A DNA stretch of 54,743 nt, the filler included, from Sphacelaria rigidula (taxonomy: Eukaryota): NCBI GenBank assembly GCA_964200075.2. It is 4 parts of 4 records of this genome, joined end to end, with 100 filler letters (N's around TTAATTAATTAA, not from the genome) between each part and the next. Parts side by side here need not be neighbours in the genome. Positions count along the whole stretch, not along the records: positions 1 to 13,618 come from CAXNAA020002764.1; 3 more parts are not named here. One strand, written 5' to 3'. Within the stretch, counting starts at the first letter, position 1. Each line of letters begins with the position of its first letter. Shown here in pieces: positions 1 through 12,500 of this stretch. Both the position numbers and the translations under genes were made by a program. Under the pieces are notes generated by a model. It had not been told where the DNA came from. It was given only the letters and a program-made list of their open reading frames with translations, and made no database searches.

Positions 1-458
1 CGGCCCGCCGGTCGCCGCATCCTGTTGAAAGCTCTCTGAAGCGACACATACTGCTTGCTACATCAGATGTACATTACCTCATGCGCACTCTGCACCTGAA
101 AATAGATTGAATGAAACGTTCGGTCTTCCACATAACCCTACCGTTACATACGCAGATTTTCAGCAACATGCCACTGTTTCGTGCAGACGCCAGGCACGTT
201 ATTCCTCACCAGCCTCATTGGTCGTTTTGGAGGCCCAGTCCCGAAGGGATTATTTTTTTTTCCCAACGAGCAATGACTAGAGAGCTCGCCCTGTTAATTT
301 TCACGACCAATGAGCAGCCCAACGAGCGCGAGTGCCACGAATCACACTCGTGCTCGTCCGACGTGTGCAAAACTGCTCGTCAATAGGACTCGGGACCGGT
401 CGTTATGGGGCCAATCCCCTGTCAAAAGGAGAAGAGTGAAAAAGGGGATAATCCCCTA

Positions 459-1389
459 CCCTTTTGGGACCGAATTCCCAGAGACATGTGGTTTGCACGC
501 AGGGGTCTTTTTGTGAATCGGCATCATTTTCATTCGTTTTCAACTGAAAATGATGTCGGTTCACGGAAATGCACCTGCGTGTAAACCACATGTTTCTGGG
601 AGTCCGGTCCAAAAAGGGTTAATATTAGACCGCTGTGTGAGTACAGTAGTCCATCTCGATTACGTGCATTTTTTCCAAGTGAATATTGTTGACGATTCAG
701 CCGATGGCCTACCCTCGCAGGGCGGTCAGAGAGGAGTACTGCACTGTACTTTACTATACTATTGTATGCATGGGCGCCGCAACGCTGACACCCTTGGAAG
801 AGAATTTGCCGCATGCAATTCGGGGGGAAGTGGCGGTCCACCCCGACCACAAAGGGCTGTGTGGCAAGGTGATGGGGACAATAATATCATCCAAAGCCAC
901 AGTGGCGGGCGGCCCGCCGGTCGCCGCATCCTGTTGGAAGCTCTCTACCGCGATCCATACTGCTTGCTACATCACATGTACATTACCTAATGCACACCAT
1001 GCACCTGAAAATAGATTGGATTAAACTTTCTGTGTTCGTGATACCCCTGCGGATACATACACGGATTTTCAGCAACAACACGCCACTGTTTGTGCAGACT
1101 TCACACACGTCATTCCTGACAAGCCTCATTGCTCGCTCTGGAGGCTCGGTCCCACGAGGGTTATAACCCTTAGACCGCGAGATTAGTCTTTCTGGATCAT
1201 GCATACTTTTTTACACTTGAAATTGATGCCGATTCAACACAAGACTAACCTCGCGGTCTAACGGTTAACTCTTAGACCAAGGGCAGTCCATGTGACTCAT
1301 GCACACTTCTTCCGTGAGAAATTGATGCTGATTCAACAGATGACCTACGCTTGGGAGCCATGAAACATTCCAACTCGGTTCAAACAGGG
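459..1389. mobile_element. Chain of abutting piggyBac-like MITEs
   Basis: Units 459-618 (foldback, CCCTTTTGGGACC...GGTCCAAAAAGGG), 623-1160, 1167-1264 and 1269-1389 are separated by TTAA or TTATAA and share TTAGACC/GGTCTAA-type ends and AAATGATGCCGATTC motifs. Bases 1-250 repeat about 910-1160. Confidence 0.55.
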
Positions 1390-1576
1390 TTACCTCCAAA
1401 ACGATTGATTTACGTGCGAGTGACTACTGTACGGGGTGATGAGGATGTTGCATCAGCTCTCAATCAACCGACCAGAAGGGACACGAACGAAACGAAACAC
1501 GAAAGTCGCCAATATCGTTTTCACTCTCACAGTCAGTGTGTTCTCACTCTCCTTATCTTGTTCTTTTATGGTCCCT

Positions 1577-1720
1577 TTGGGAACTGCGGTGCTGATTTTT
1601 GTTTCGTACATCTTGTCTGCGAATCGGCATTATTTTGACTTGAATCGAACATGACTGAAAATGATGCCGATTCTCAACAAGACTCACGGGACAAAAATCA
1701 GCACCTCAGTTCCCGAAAAT
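1577..1720. mobile_element. Foldback MITE related to the 459-618 unit
   Basis: Arms TTTGGGAACTGCGGTGCTGATTTTTGT and ACAAAAATCAGCACCTCAGTTCCCGAAA, with inner GAATCGGCAT/ATGCCGATTC. Confidence 0.5.
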
Positions 1721-1742
1721 TCCTTCGAAGGTTGTGCCTTAT

Positions 1743-1900
1743 CGACGCGAGAAAAATAAGGGGTGAAAGGAACAAGCGTCCAAGAGCAGCATGTTGAGAT
1801 TAACTGCCGGGAGGGTCTATGGTTGCCGCGACTAATCAACGTGCTGCTTCTTGGATGCTTGTTTCTCGTCCCGCTTTTTATTTATTTTTCCCGTCTCGAC
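1743..1900. repeat. Hairpin repeat (MITE-like); second copy at about 5655-5795
   Basis: Inverted arms AACAAGCGTCCAAGAGCAGCATGTTGA and TCAACGTGCTGCTTCTTGGATGCTTGTT around a GGGTCTATGGTTG core, which recurs at about 5718. Confidence 0.5.
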
Positions 1901-1967
1901 AAGAGACGGCCCGAGCCAGCTCTACATCGTGTGGGTGTTCGTTGGGAAATTCTACACGACAGTGACA

Positions 1968-2336
1968 GCCGGTCGCCCCGGCAGCTCATTTGGTAACTTG
2001 GAACCTTTTGACGGTTGGGTCGTGGGTTCAAATTTCGATTGAGACACACAATATGGCCGCTGTTGTCACACCACGCCCAACAGTGGAGAGCGACCATGTC
2101 TTGAGTACACAAAAGTCGACAGTACGATCGACAAGGGAAAGGGACGGCTGAACCGCTCTCGCAACAAGAAACTAAGGCACGAGCTGCATTTACTAGCGAA
2201 GGTGGAGTACCCAAAACAAAATACAACAACTCCTGTGGTGGCCTTCCCCCCGTGCGAACCCGGCTGATGCGCTCACATATACCGGCAGGTGTAGACTGGC
2301 GTTCAGAAAAGGTGGGATGGATGGCAGCACAAGACA
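1968..2336 (+). mobile_element. tRNA-derived SINE-like element
   Basis: A-box-like head, B box GGTTCAAAT, flanked by a 9-bp direct repeat ACAGTGACA (target-site duplication, TSD); homologous to 3984-4350. Confidence 0.65.
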
Positions 2337-3392
2337 ACAGTGACATGCCCGATATCGGGTTATTGGGACTAGCCATCACTCCTGAACTGGCATAAAACCT
2401 CCGCTAAATTAGAGTTGGTGCAATGATGTGCCGGGCTGATAAACACCGTACTACTACTACTGCTCATCACACCAGCTGTTGTACCGGGTACAACGAGCAC
2501 TACTGTACAGACCGGACAAGTTATTCAACAATACACTTGCATCTGCACGGATGCACTTTTTCCCCCCGCGCTGTGGCTGCGGCGGTTGTCGACGTTTGTC
2601 ATAACGTTTGTAATTACGTTGTGATCACGCGATCGCAGACACACCCGACATAACAGGAATCACATTTAAAAACGCAACGGACAGGTCGATGGACGCGGAA
2701 ACTATCAATATATTGTCTTTCCCTTGCTCAAAAAAATAAATCAACCATCCAACCATCCAACCATCCAACCATCCATCCTCAAACAATCTTTAATTTAATT
2801 AAATTAATTAATATATATATATTCTCATATTATCAATAATATTTTCTTCTTTGCGAAAATTACCGTCACAGACGTGTTCTAAGAACAAATGAAAGGCACT
2901 TTTCTTGGGCCAACAATAAGGATTGACGAAAAGTGCTTCGTTTGTGATGTGATAATAATAATATATATATATATTTCTTCGCCATGACATAAGAAGGGGC
3001 CTGCAACTTCTGTGACCACGGGTTCGAGAGATCGGACTAATGTGCGGAAATAAAAATAATAATAAGACAACAGTGAAACATCAACACGCGGGAAAGTGGT
3101 AGCGTTCACGCCAGGGAGGTCGGCATGTTCCAAACAAAAAATGTTGCCGCGATCGGCTCAGCCATCGGATGACACAAAGTCCGGCAGGAAGGGGGGGAAT
3201 GGTGTTGAACCACCTCGATCCTTTCTGATGAAGCAAAAAAGGATGCGCATGTATTACAGCTGAAAACGGACCGTGTGAACACAACTTAGCCATGAAACAA
3301 GAGACGTGCGACACTTACGAAATCCTCTATTTCCTCCCGAACAACACGCGAGAGCAACCAACAGAGAGGAAAAGCACATATTCCGGTCTCAC

Positions 3393-3518
3393 CTGAACAT
3401 CCTCGGGTCCCAACTTCATCACTTGGATTACCAACGCCCGGCGAAACAGTTTCTCCGCCTCTCGAGGTCGTCCGCTTTGGCGAATGCAACGAGCCAGCTC
3501 GTGCAGAGCAAACGCAAC
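3393..3518 (-). CDS. NB-ARC-TPR single-repeat exon (126 bp, one 42-aa TPR)
   Basis: GTCAG|GTT to CAG|GTGAGA; encodes VAFALHELARCIRQSGRPREAEKLFRRALVIQVMKLGPEDVQ. Confidence 0.85.
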
Positions 3519-6500
3519 CTGACGGGGTGAGGGAGATGTCAGGTACCGTTCCTCCAGGATCTTGTTTTTCTTCGTTATCACCACATAGTTATTTTACGCT
3601 TCTTCGTGATCATGTCAGGGTGGGAGTGATCCGAAGTTCGAAAACACGTTAAAAACCCTGTCTCCAGGCAGAGAACTCCATGTGCGGAGAAATATATATA
3701 TATATATATATACATGTGTGTGTACTTGTGTACAATAAAAATATCTTTTTTTGGTTTTGTCCTCTCTCCTTGTCTTTTCATGCCAAAAAATCGGAAAAAT
3801 CTACCTAGCTTCACACGGGAGGGTATACTTTTCGGAGGACGATGTAGACACCTGATTTCGATACATTTTGAAATTCGTCCGAGGGTTTTTTTCAAATGCG
3901 TGAACGAGCAACAACTGACGAACCAGTTGAGTAAAAAGCGGATCTACAATGAGGTCATCCTGTCCGTTATTTTTATGCGATAAAGCCGATCGCCCCAGTG
4001 GCTTCGTCGGTAGCCTCGGCACCTGACGGTTGAATCGTGGGTTCAAATCTCGGAGCGATTTGGGATTTGTTCTCACACAATGCCCGACAGTGGAGAGCGA
4101 CAATGCCGTGGGTACACAAAATTCGACTTGATGGTTGACGGGGTGAAGGGGAGTGCTGAATCCCTCTCGCGATAAAAAAGAAAGGCCAGCACCCCGGACG
4201 GAAGGTGGAGAACGAAAACATATAAAAATGAAAAAACTAATTTGTTGGCCTTCCTCCTGTGTGATCCCGGCTGGTGCGCCCACATATCTGTACCGAAAGG
4301 TGCAGACCGGCGTCCAGAATAGATGGGACGACAACGCACAAGATAACACAACCAGCCTGATGATATTTCAGGATATAGAGTGTGGGAAACACGTTTTTTT
4401 CATCCCCCAGACAGGGTTATTTTTGTTTCCTTCTTTTGTGAGGCCGCTCCTTACAAAAGACAAACATAAAAACCGGAAAAGTGCCTATCTGGAGCTTTTA
4501 CGTCGTTTTATGCCCCGAAAGAGAGCTAGGCGCATTTTGACACCTTGCCATGACTTGCTCTACTTGATGAGGCGGTTCCAGGACATCCTCCCGTCTTCCG
4601 GTGGCCGCAGTTTTCATTTTGGCCAAACAAGAATTTTTGTCCAAGAACGGTAAAAAGCAGCCTTCCAGAGAAAAAGTGGTAATTTTTTCTCCACTTTTTT
4701 TCTCCCCCCACGAAGTATTCTACATTTTCTCTTGCCGCTGACTGAGAGGAGAAATGGAGCTCCCCCGCACTCACTCACTACACAAGACTTACACATTCAG
4801 CAGTGGTGCTGTGATTGACCATACAACCATGCTGCCGAGCCCACACGATGCCACGGGCAAGAGAACAAGGCACTTTAGGTCGCGAGTGGCGGGTATGCTT
4901 TTGGTTCTACGCATGCATGCTGGGCGTGCTGGGTTCGCCAGCGCAAGTGACTCCGGTAAGTTCAGCAAGTAAGTGTGCCAGCGTTGCTTTTGTTGCGACA
5001 CTCTGGTGTGTGTGTGTGTGTGATGCAAATGTGTTTCACGTCGAAGTGAAAATATTTCATGGGCATCGTTTGCGTCGATTTTCTTGTCCAGACTAAAATC
5101 AAGTCGGACTAACTTACCCTCCCAAGTGGCGAAACTATACCGTTGATATACGAAGTATATATTGTAATAGCGTCCCATCGTCTCGGAACCTCTGCTTTCA
5201 GATTGGATTTCCAAACCGGTGGACAGGCGCGACTGACACGTCCGTGTGTGGAACAGACGTCCACTCTAACGAACTGCATAATAAGACCGTACCTTCTTTA
5301 CCGCCCATGATATCTTGGAATGTTGAAAGATTACAATAATAATCCGTGTCATGTAGAACGGTGCTGAGGTGGTGATGATGATGATCACATACCCTCATCG
5401 TTTGGGTATGGTTTGCATGCTGTGGCTGTGTTGATGTTGAGCTCGTGATAAAGTCAATATACTAGAGAGTTTCGGGAAACAAAAATCAAGATTGTTTCAG
5501 GATTACGACAAAACATTTTAGGATGATGTTGTGACGTGGCCTGATGTTACTTCGTTGTTCGCAGTGATTGGCCGCAAGCTCCCCCACCAAATGTGCGATC
5601 AACCATCCGGTTGGTTCGAAAGTGCGGAAGTCAGGCCCGTGTCATACCGACCAAGAAAAAATAAGCGAAAAAAAAAAAACAAGCGTTCAAAAGTAGTATG
5701 TTGATTGATCGCGGGGCGGGTCTATGGTTGCGGCGACAAATCAACATGCCGCCTTTCGATGCTTGTTCGTTTCCGCGCTTCCTTTCATAGTCTCGATAAG
5801 GGCGTGTCGTTAGCACCTTTTTTTTTTTTTTTAAATCGAAACAGAGCGGTCGATTTTTTTTCGCCGATCTGATAGGTCCACCGTATGTATGATCCTAGAA
5901 GGCTTCAAGGCTTCAACTCAAAATGATCATTTGCGGCGCGCGGAGATGAATGATTCGAGGTAAAAAACAATCGTTTTCGATCGAAAACACAGAACCATGC
6001 AAACTCTATCCAACTCATTCTCAGCTGCCACCGCAACCCTGCAGCATAGAGCACGAGTTGAGCCCAGGAATAGATACACTGCAGTAGTTGGGTGTGCTCT
6101 GTTTGTTTTCGTTGGCGGAAACTCACGCATCTTCTCTCATGGTAGGGATCAGCGACGGAACTGCGTCGTACGGTCGGCAGCCGAGTTGCGTGCAAGCTCA
6201 TGAATAGTGCAGGCGGTACAAGGCTGCACCCTGCTCAAGTCCTCTTCACGTTGCATTGTAAGCAGAGAGAACTGATAGTCCTGCGCTGCCTGCACTTCAC
6301 GCGTTGCCGGCTCCTTTCTTATATCCTTCAATACGAAACACGCACACACGCACTCAAGACACTGCTTGCAGTTAGTACAGACAGTACAGACTGTCTGTAT
6401 TGTACACGAGTGACCATGTACCGTTTCACGAGTTTCACTCTCTTTCTTCGATCGGAAGCTTGAAAATCCATCTGGGCCCCACTCCATCTAAACGAGAAAA

Positions 6501-9500
6501 TTTCGCATGAATCGATTCCACCCCGTCATTTTGTTCTTCATGAGAAAAAAAAGTGCCACGAGCACATGATTTCTCGATCGAAAATGTGCGGTGGAAAAAT
6601 GAAAACTCCGATCTATCGCAGTCAATTCTGAATAATGTTGAAATTACGACCCACCACATCGAAATTTCGGTTTTCCACCCCACTTTTTCCATCGAAAAAA
6701 AAGTGCGCCACCATCGTAAGCAGCGGCCTCAGCACAGCGCTCATAGTAGTGAGTCTCTGCATCGTGCAGACAATACATTATTTTTGTACCGTACCCTGGC
6801 ATACCGTACCGTACCGTACCGTGCCCTCACAGTGCAAGGCAGGGCACTCAGTACATTACGGTACGGTACGGTACGGTACAGCGGTACGGTACATACATCA
6901 CGGCAGTACTTGCAAAGAACATTCAAAGCCTCATGGAAAATATTTTGCACCACGCCACTTACAACGGTGGTGGAAGACGACGTCATGAACTCTAACGGAA
7001 CGGTAGCGCAGCCAGGTGCAGCACAGCTGCTGCGCGGTTGACCGCGAATCGTCCACACCGCCTTCTTCCTCGAGGTCGACAATACGGTCAGGAGGAGTAG
7101 TACCCGAGGCAAACGCCTTGTGCGCACGGCGCATTTTCAATTCCAAGCAACACGACCAAACGAATGCTGGTACCATGGCCACGGCGGGGAGAGAACATGT
7201 CTGCGATGTAAAACATTGCTGCTTCTTCATGACTTGGTCCATTGGGATATAGATAAGGATGACCGTTGTGATCGATGCCTGATGTTGCTTGTTATACGAG
7301 CTGGGCCAGCCCAAAAAGGCTAAGACGTTGCCTATTTTAGCACAAGATGTATAAGCTTCGCAATTTCTCGAATATACCCGATGTAAGTTCGTACTGTATG
7401 TCGATGTGATGCGCAGCAGACCAACTTGCCGATGCTCGCTCTACCGCTGAAAAAAAAGAAGTCAATGATGCAGCCTGCCCGACAATTTTCGAAGACAAAC
7501 TGGGAGGGTACACGGTGCTCTTTGCTAAAAAATACCATCTTGTCCATTATTCTTCACGTGTGGACCCTTTAATGCAAGTGCACGCTTTTCTTCAACTTTT
7601 TTTATGGGAAGTGATGGCCGTACAAAAATGGGTATGGTTGTAACTGTTCGGCGTATCTTCGGCGGAGCGGGCGGTACGGTCAACACTTTGAATAAAAAAG
7701 GTAAAGAAAGGTGTGCACTTGAGCATAAAGAGATTCACACGTGAGCAAAAGAGGGTGAGAGAGAGAGAGTTCTGTGGCAGAGAGCAGGGTGTACCCTCCT
7801 AGTTTGTTCACAAAAAAAAAACTCATAGCCTGTCATTTTCCGGGTCATAGTGAAGCCTAGTACCACGTGTAAAAAAAAGGAAAGGTCGGGCACGCTGCCC
7901 AGAGACCTTGGGCGTGGGGCTCAGGCGCTGGATCATGTTCTCAGGGTGTTCAGGCCGCGTGTAGCACCGCGCCCCGAACCGAAAGATACGTTACCCTTTT
8001 TTTGCCCAAAAGCACCAGGGTGTACCGTTCTTGTGCATTGTCCTTTTCAACCCTTTTTGGAACCGTTGATGGAAAGATGGCGATTCTCAATTGAACTTTT
8101 CTTGGGCAAGATATGGATATTTTTCTGAAACTGTTGATGATACAGCCCAAGTTAAAGCATATACTAATGTGATAGATTCGTGCACCGAACTCCAAATGAC
8201 GTTTTCCCGGTGACGGAACGCTCGCATATGGGATTTTGTACTGCTTTTCGCGGATTCCGAAAGGGTTCATTTTCCAAAATCATGAACTGATCACGTTTAG
8301 CACAATACAGCGCAACACTTACCCTGGGGTATGGTATGAAATCCGGTTTGTTTTACTACTCTCTTATACCGACCCTTCATTCGCTAAGGAGAAACCCTCC
8401 ATACGCTCCCCCCCCCCCCCCAAATACCGCACGTCTGCAACCAATCCCAAGCAATGCCCCATTCTACATCATCACACGACTCACTTGGATATCTTCCTTG
8501 CCCAGCTGGGCCTCGTTGATCGCCAAGCTCCGCCACAGATACCCTTCCGCCTCCTCGGCGCGGCCGCTTTCCCTCACACAAACTCCGAGTTCGCGCATGG
8601 AAAACGCCACCAGCAGATCGTCGGGACCGAGAGTCTCCTCCCTGATGGAAAGTGCTCTCCTGAAGTATTGCTCACCCGTCTCCGGCTGCCCGGAACTCAC
8701 CGCGCAACGCCCAAGTTCGTGTAGTGTGTTGTCCATCTGGGAGTCATACGGTCCAAGCTTCGCCTCTCGAATCGCCAGCTCTCTGCGAAACAGATCCGCA
8801 GCCTCTTCGGCACGGCCCATCACCCACACCGCCACGCCCAGCTCGTGTAACGTGAGCGCCAACTCCGCGTTGCCGGGTCCGAGCTTTGATTCGCGAATCG
8901 CCAGTGCTCGAGACAGTAACTCGGACGCTTGCAATGCACCTCCCGCGCGCCGGATGCACCGGCCGAGCTCGTGAAGAGTGGACGCCACCTCCAAGCTTTC
9001 CTTGTTGCCGTCCTCCCCCTTTGCCTCTCTGATTTTCAGCGAACGTCCCAGATAAGCCTGAGCCTCCTCCGATCGTCCCGCGTCCGCGGAGCACACTCCC
9101 AGCTCGTGCAACGTCGATGCTACACGCCCGTCATCGGGCATCAGGTTCGCCTCCTTGATCGTCAACGCCCGCTGGAAGATTACCATAGCTTCTTCTCGGC
9201 GTCCCACCTCGCGGACGCAACGGCCTAGATCGTGCAAAATATACCCGACATGTAGTGCGTCGAGTCCTAACTTGGCCTCCGCGATTACGAGCGCCCGGTG
9301 CAGGAGGCGTTCGCCCTCGGCTGCTCGTCCTCCCTCGCGCACGCACACAGCGAGCTCCTGCAGCGTGAGCGCCACGCGCATATCGGACTCCCCGAGATTA
9401 ATTTCTCGTATGGCCAGCGCTCTCCGGAATAGCTCCTCCGCCAACCCAGGCCGACCAGCCTTCCACACGCACCTCGCGAGATCATGCAGGGTGAGCTCGA

Positions 9501-12500
9501 CCTTTAGCAGATAAAAAAACAAAAAAAGACGTGAGAAGGTACGTCTATTCAATTCGCACTTTCCGTGAGTATTCGCCACCATGTAGCCCTTGGCAGCTGG
9601 AATAGCAAGAGTACGTGTTTGAATGAAGGCACGAGCAATTTGGTTACAAAACACATTGGGGCATTCCTCGATGATTTCAGCAATGTTGGCGTTCCAGAGC
9701 CGAAGCTCACAAACAACTAGAACCTGCTCCGACCGATGAATACAAATGTGCCAAGCACAGTAAGAGTAACTCTTGACACAGTCAATACCACGGCCACAGC
9801 TCTCTAACGACGAAGCACCTGCACGTCCTGTGGTCCCATCTTCGTCTCCCGAATGGCCAGCGCCCGGCGGAAGTATTGCTCAGCTGCTTCGGCCTGCCCC
9901 GCCCGCAACAGGCACACCGCCATTTTATGAAGCGTGTAGGACACTTGCAGGTCTTCCGGACCCCGTTTGGCGTCAGCGATCAGCAGGGCTCGCCGGAAGT
10001 ACTCCGCCGCGCCGGCCGGGTCGCCCGCTTCCGCGACGCAAACGGCGAGCTGGTGGAGGACACTCTCGACCTGTGGGTCGTTGGCGTCTAGCTTGGCCTC
10101 CTTGATCTCCAACACGCGGCGGAAGCAGTCGGCCGCGTCGTTTGGCCGCCGCCCTGCCCGCCAGATGCACACGGCCAGCTCGTGAACCGCTGCTGCCACA
10201 CGCAGATCTTTGTTATCGGGCTTCGTAGCCTCTTCCATGATCGCCAACGCTTGCCGGAACAGGGTCTCTGCTTCCTCCGCGCGCTCCCCGCAATCCGTGA
10301 CGCACCGGCCTAGCTTTTGAAGGGTTCCGACCAACCGTACGTGATCTCCTAGCAACGACTGCTGGATTTTCAGCGCTCGCCTCAAAAACGCCTCGGCCTC
10401 CGCGAAACGCCGAGCCTGTGCGGTGTTGAACGAGCACGAGTTTTTTTTTTCTCAGCTTACGTCAACCCCAAGAACAGAACTATACGACCAAAAAGAGGAT
10501 ACTGCGTGCAAAAGGCGGGACACGGGAAGATGTGGGCAGATAACAATACTCCGTCTGGTGTCCACAGGAAGTACACCATCACGTACAGTCAAGTACTTGT
10601 TCGGTTCGCAAATGATACGGATTCCCCACAGTTGGCCACAAACATAAAACGAAGCGCTTGGATAGATGGTGAAAAGAGTCGGCTAGATGGCTCTACAGCT
10701 GAAATCCGCAGTGCAACTGTGTCGCTTTATATCTGGATCATCAAAGGGTAACAGAAATGTGTACTATCATCCCTCCACATACGGCACGTGGATGGTTTGT
10801 TTCCTCACATCCAGAGCGCATCGACCGAGCTCTTGCAACGTGTCAGCCACACGCAGATCGTCGGTCCTGATATTCGCGTCCCTGATCGCCAGGGCTCTTC
10901 CCAGGAACTCTTCCGCGTCTTCTTGGCGCCAAGCGGATACTCCAAGATCATGCAGAGTTGTGGCGACCTGCAAGTGTTCAGCTCCTAATTTCGCCTCTTG
11001 GATCTCCAAGCACTGCAACAGTCGTAAAAGCGAAACGCTTCATTAATGAAACAGACTACAGATCGAAGGATCACGTTTGAGCAGCATTACTGGGAGGATA
11101 CACGACAAAAAAATGCGCGCACTGTGATGTGCATAAAACTGCGGACAACACAAGACAGGTATAACCATATTGGTACTACCTTGGTCAGTCAGGTGTACGA
11201 GCAAGTAATTATTGAAAGGGGCCCCCAAACCATCCATCTCACACCAGATGATTGGAGGGCCCGAAGTATACGGAGGCAACCAAGTCGCTCACTAATCACA
11301 TCGATTTTACACACGCTTTGCGCGATAATTTTCTCTCAATTCCGGCTTCCGTCGGCACAGAACACATTCAATTTCCCCGTACATAATCTTCTGCATACCT
11401 GTACAAAGAGCTGCTGCGCTTCCACGGCCTTCCCGCCATCCCTCACACACACCCCAAGCTCGTGCAACGTGAACGCCACCTGCAAGTTCTCAGATCCCAA
11501 TGCAGCCTCCTTGATATCCAGCGCTCGCCACACTAAAGTCTCCGCCTGCTGCGAAAACCCGGCCTCCCGCATCGACGCTCCCAACTCGTGCAATAAATAC
11601 CCGACCGAAACGTGGTTAGGCCCAAGCTTCTCCACCATGACCTTCACGACACCTCGGAGGCAGTCTATTGCTTCAGAGGGCCTCCCGGCTTGCCGCAAGC
11701 TGTGCCCCAGCATGTGCGTCGTGTGCACCACCAGCGGGTGGCCCTCGGGTATGTCCGTGACCTCCTGCGTCGCGAGTGCTCGGCGGAATAGCCCCTCCGC
11801 CTCCCTGCTCCGTCCCACTATGCTCAAACAAACGCCCAGAACATAGACGGAGAATGCTTCCTCCGCGGGGGTGGCATCACGCTGGACACCAACAGCGGCG
11901 GTCGTGTCCGTGTCGATCAAATCACGCCTGCACCGCTCCAACTCCTGGTCACGCAGCGCGGCACCCAACTGAAGTCGGACTATGTGCTCTTCGGCATCCT
12001 CGTCCTCTTTCGCCCCGACGCCGACGGTGCAGAACCACAACGTGCTCGCCACGAGCCGGGGGTCCAGCTCCGGGTTGAGGTCGTACAGATCCAGGATTCG
12101 CCGCATCACGGCCGACGCGCCGTCGCGGTCACCCGAGAGGCTGTACAGAGAAGCCACAGCCTCCAGAGAGGGGAAGTAGAAAACGTCAGATATGTCCATC
12201 TCCGCGAGGGCCTCCTCGTACGGTCGACTCGAACGCCAGCAGTCGCCGCCGACCCGCACCACGGCTCGCCACAGTCCCGCGAGAACGCAGGTGTCGTCAA
12301 TTTTTCGAACCGTGGCAAGGGACGAGATGTAGTCGGACCACCTCCGCACCACCCGCCGATGAAGTGCGCCGTTGTCCTCGCCGTCCACGCTGGCCATGAA
12401 TGTTTGCCTAGCGAAGCTCGCGTGGGCATCCTGCATGCGATAACGCCTGCGGCGCCCCCCCGCCGCGCTTAGCACCGCCCAGCCCTCGAGAGTGTCCACG

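Noticed and set aside
1968..2045. tRNA gene (also 3984-4055)
   Set aside because: A/B-box-like motifs are present but no cloverleaf; they continue into a shared 370-bp body with a TSD, as in a SINE.
2790..2820. TTAATTAA-rich stretch resembling the spacer
   Set aside because: No flanking Ns; a natural AT-rich low-complexity tract.
3081..3314. Terminal exon of the NB-ARC-TPR gene
   Set aside because: No TPR similarity; cannot be supported without transcripts.
6149..7314. Possible nested gene in the NB-ARC intron (GC-rich minus-strand ORFs 6931-7314 and 6149-6487)
   Set aside because: No recognisable domain, and the obvious GTAAGT donor joined to the downstream acceptor creates a stop.
8336..12472. 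Plus-strand ORFs overlapping TPR exons
   Set aside because: Antisense shadows of GC-rich coding sequence.
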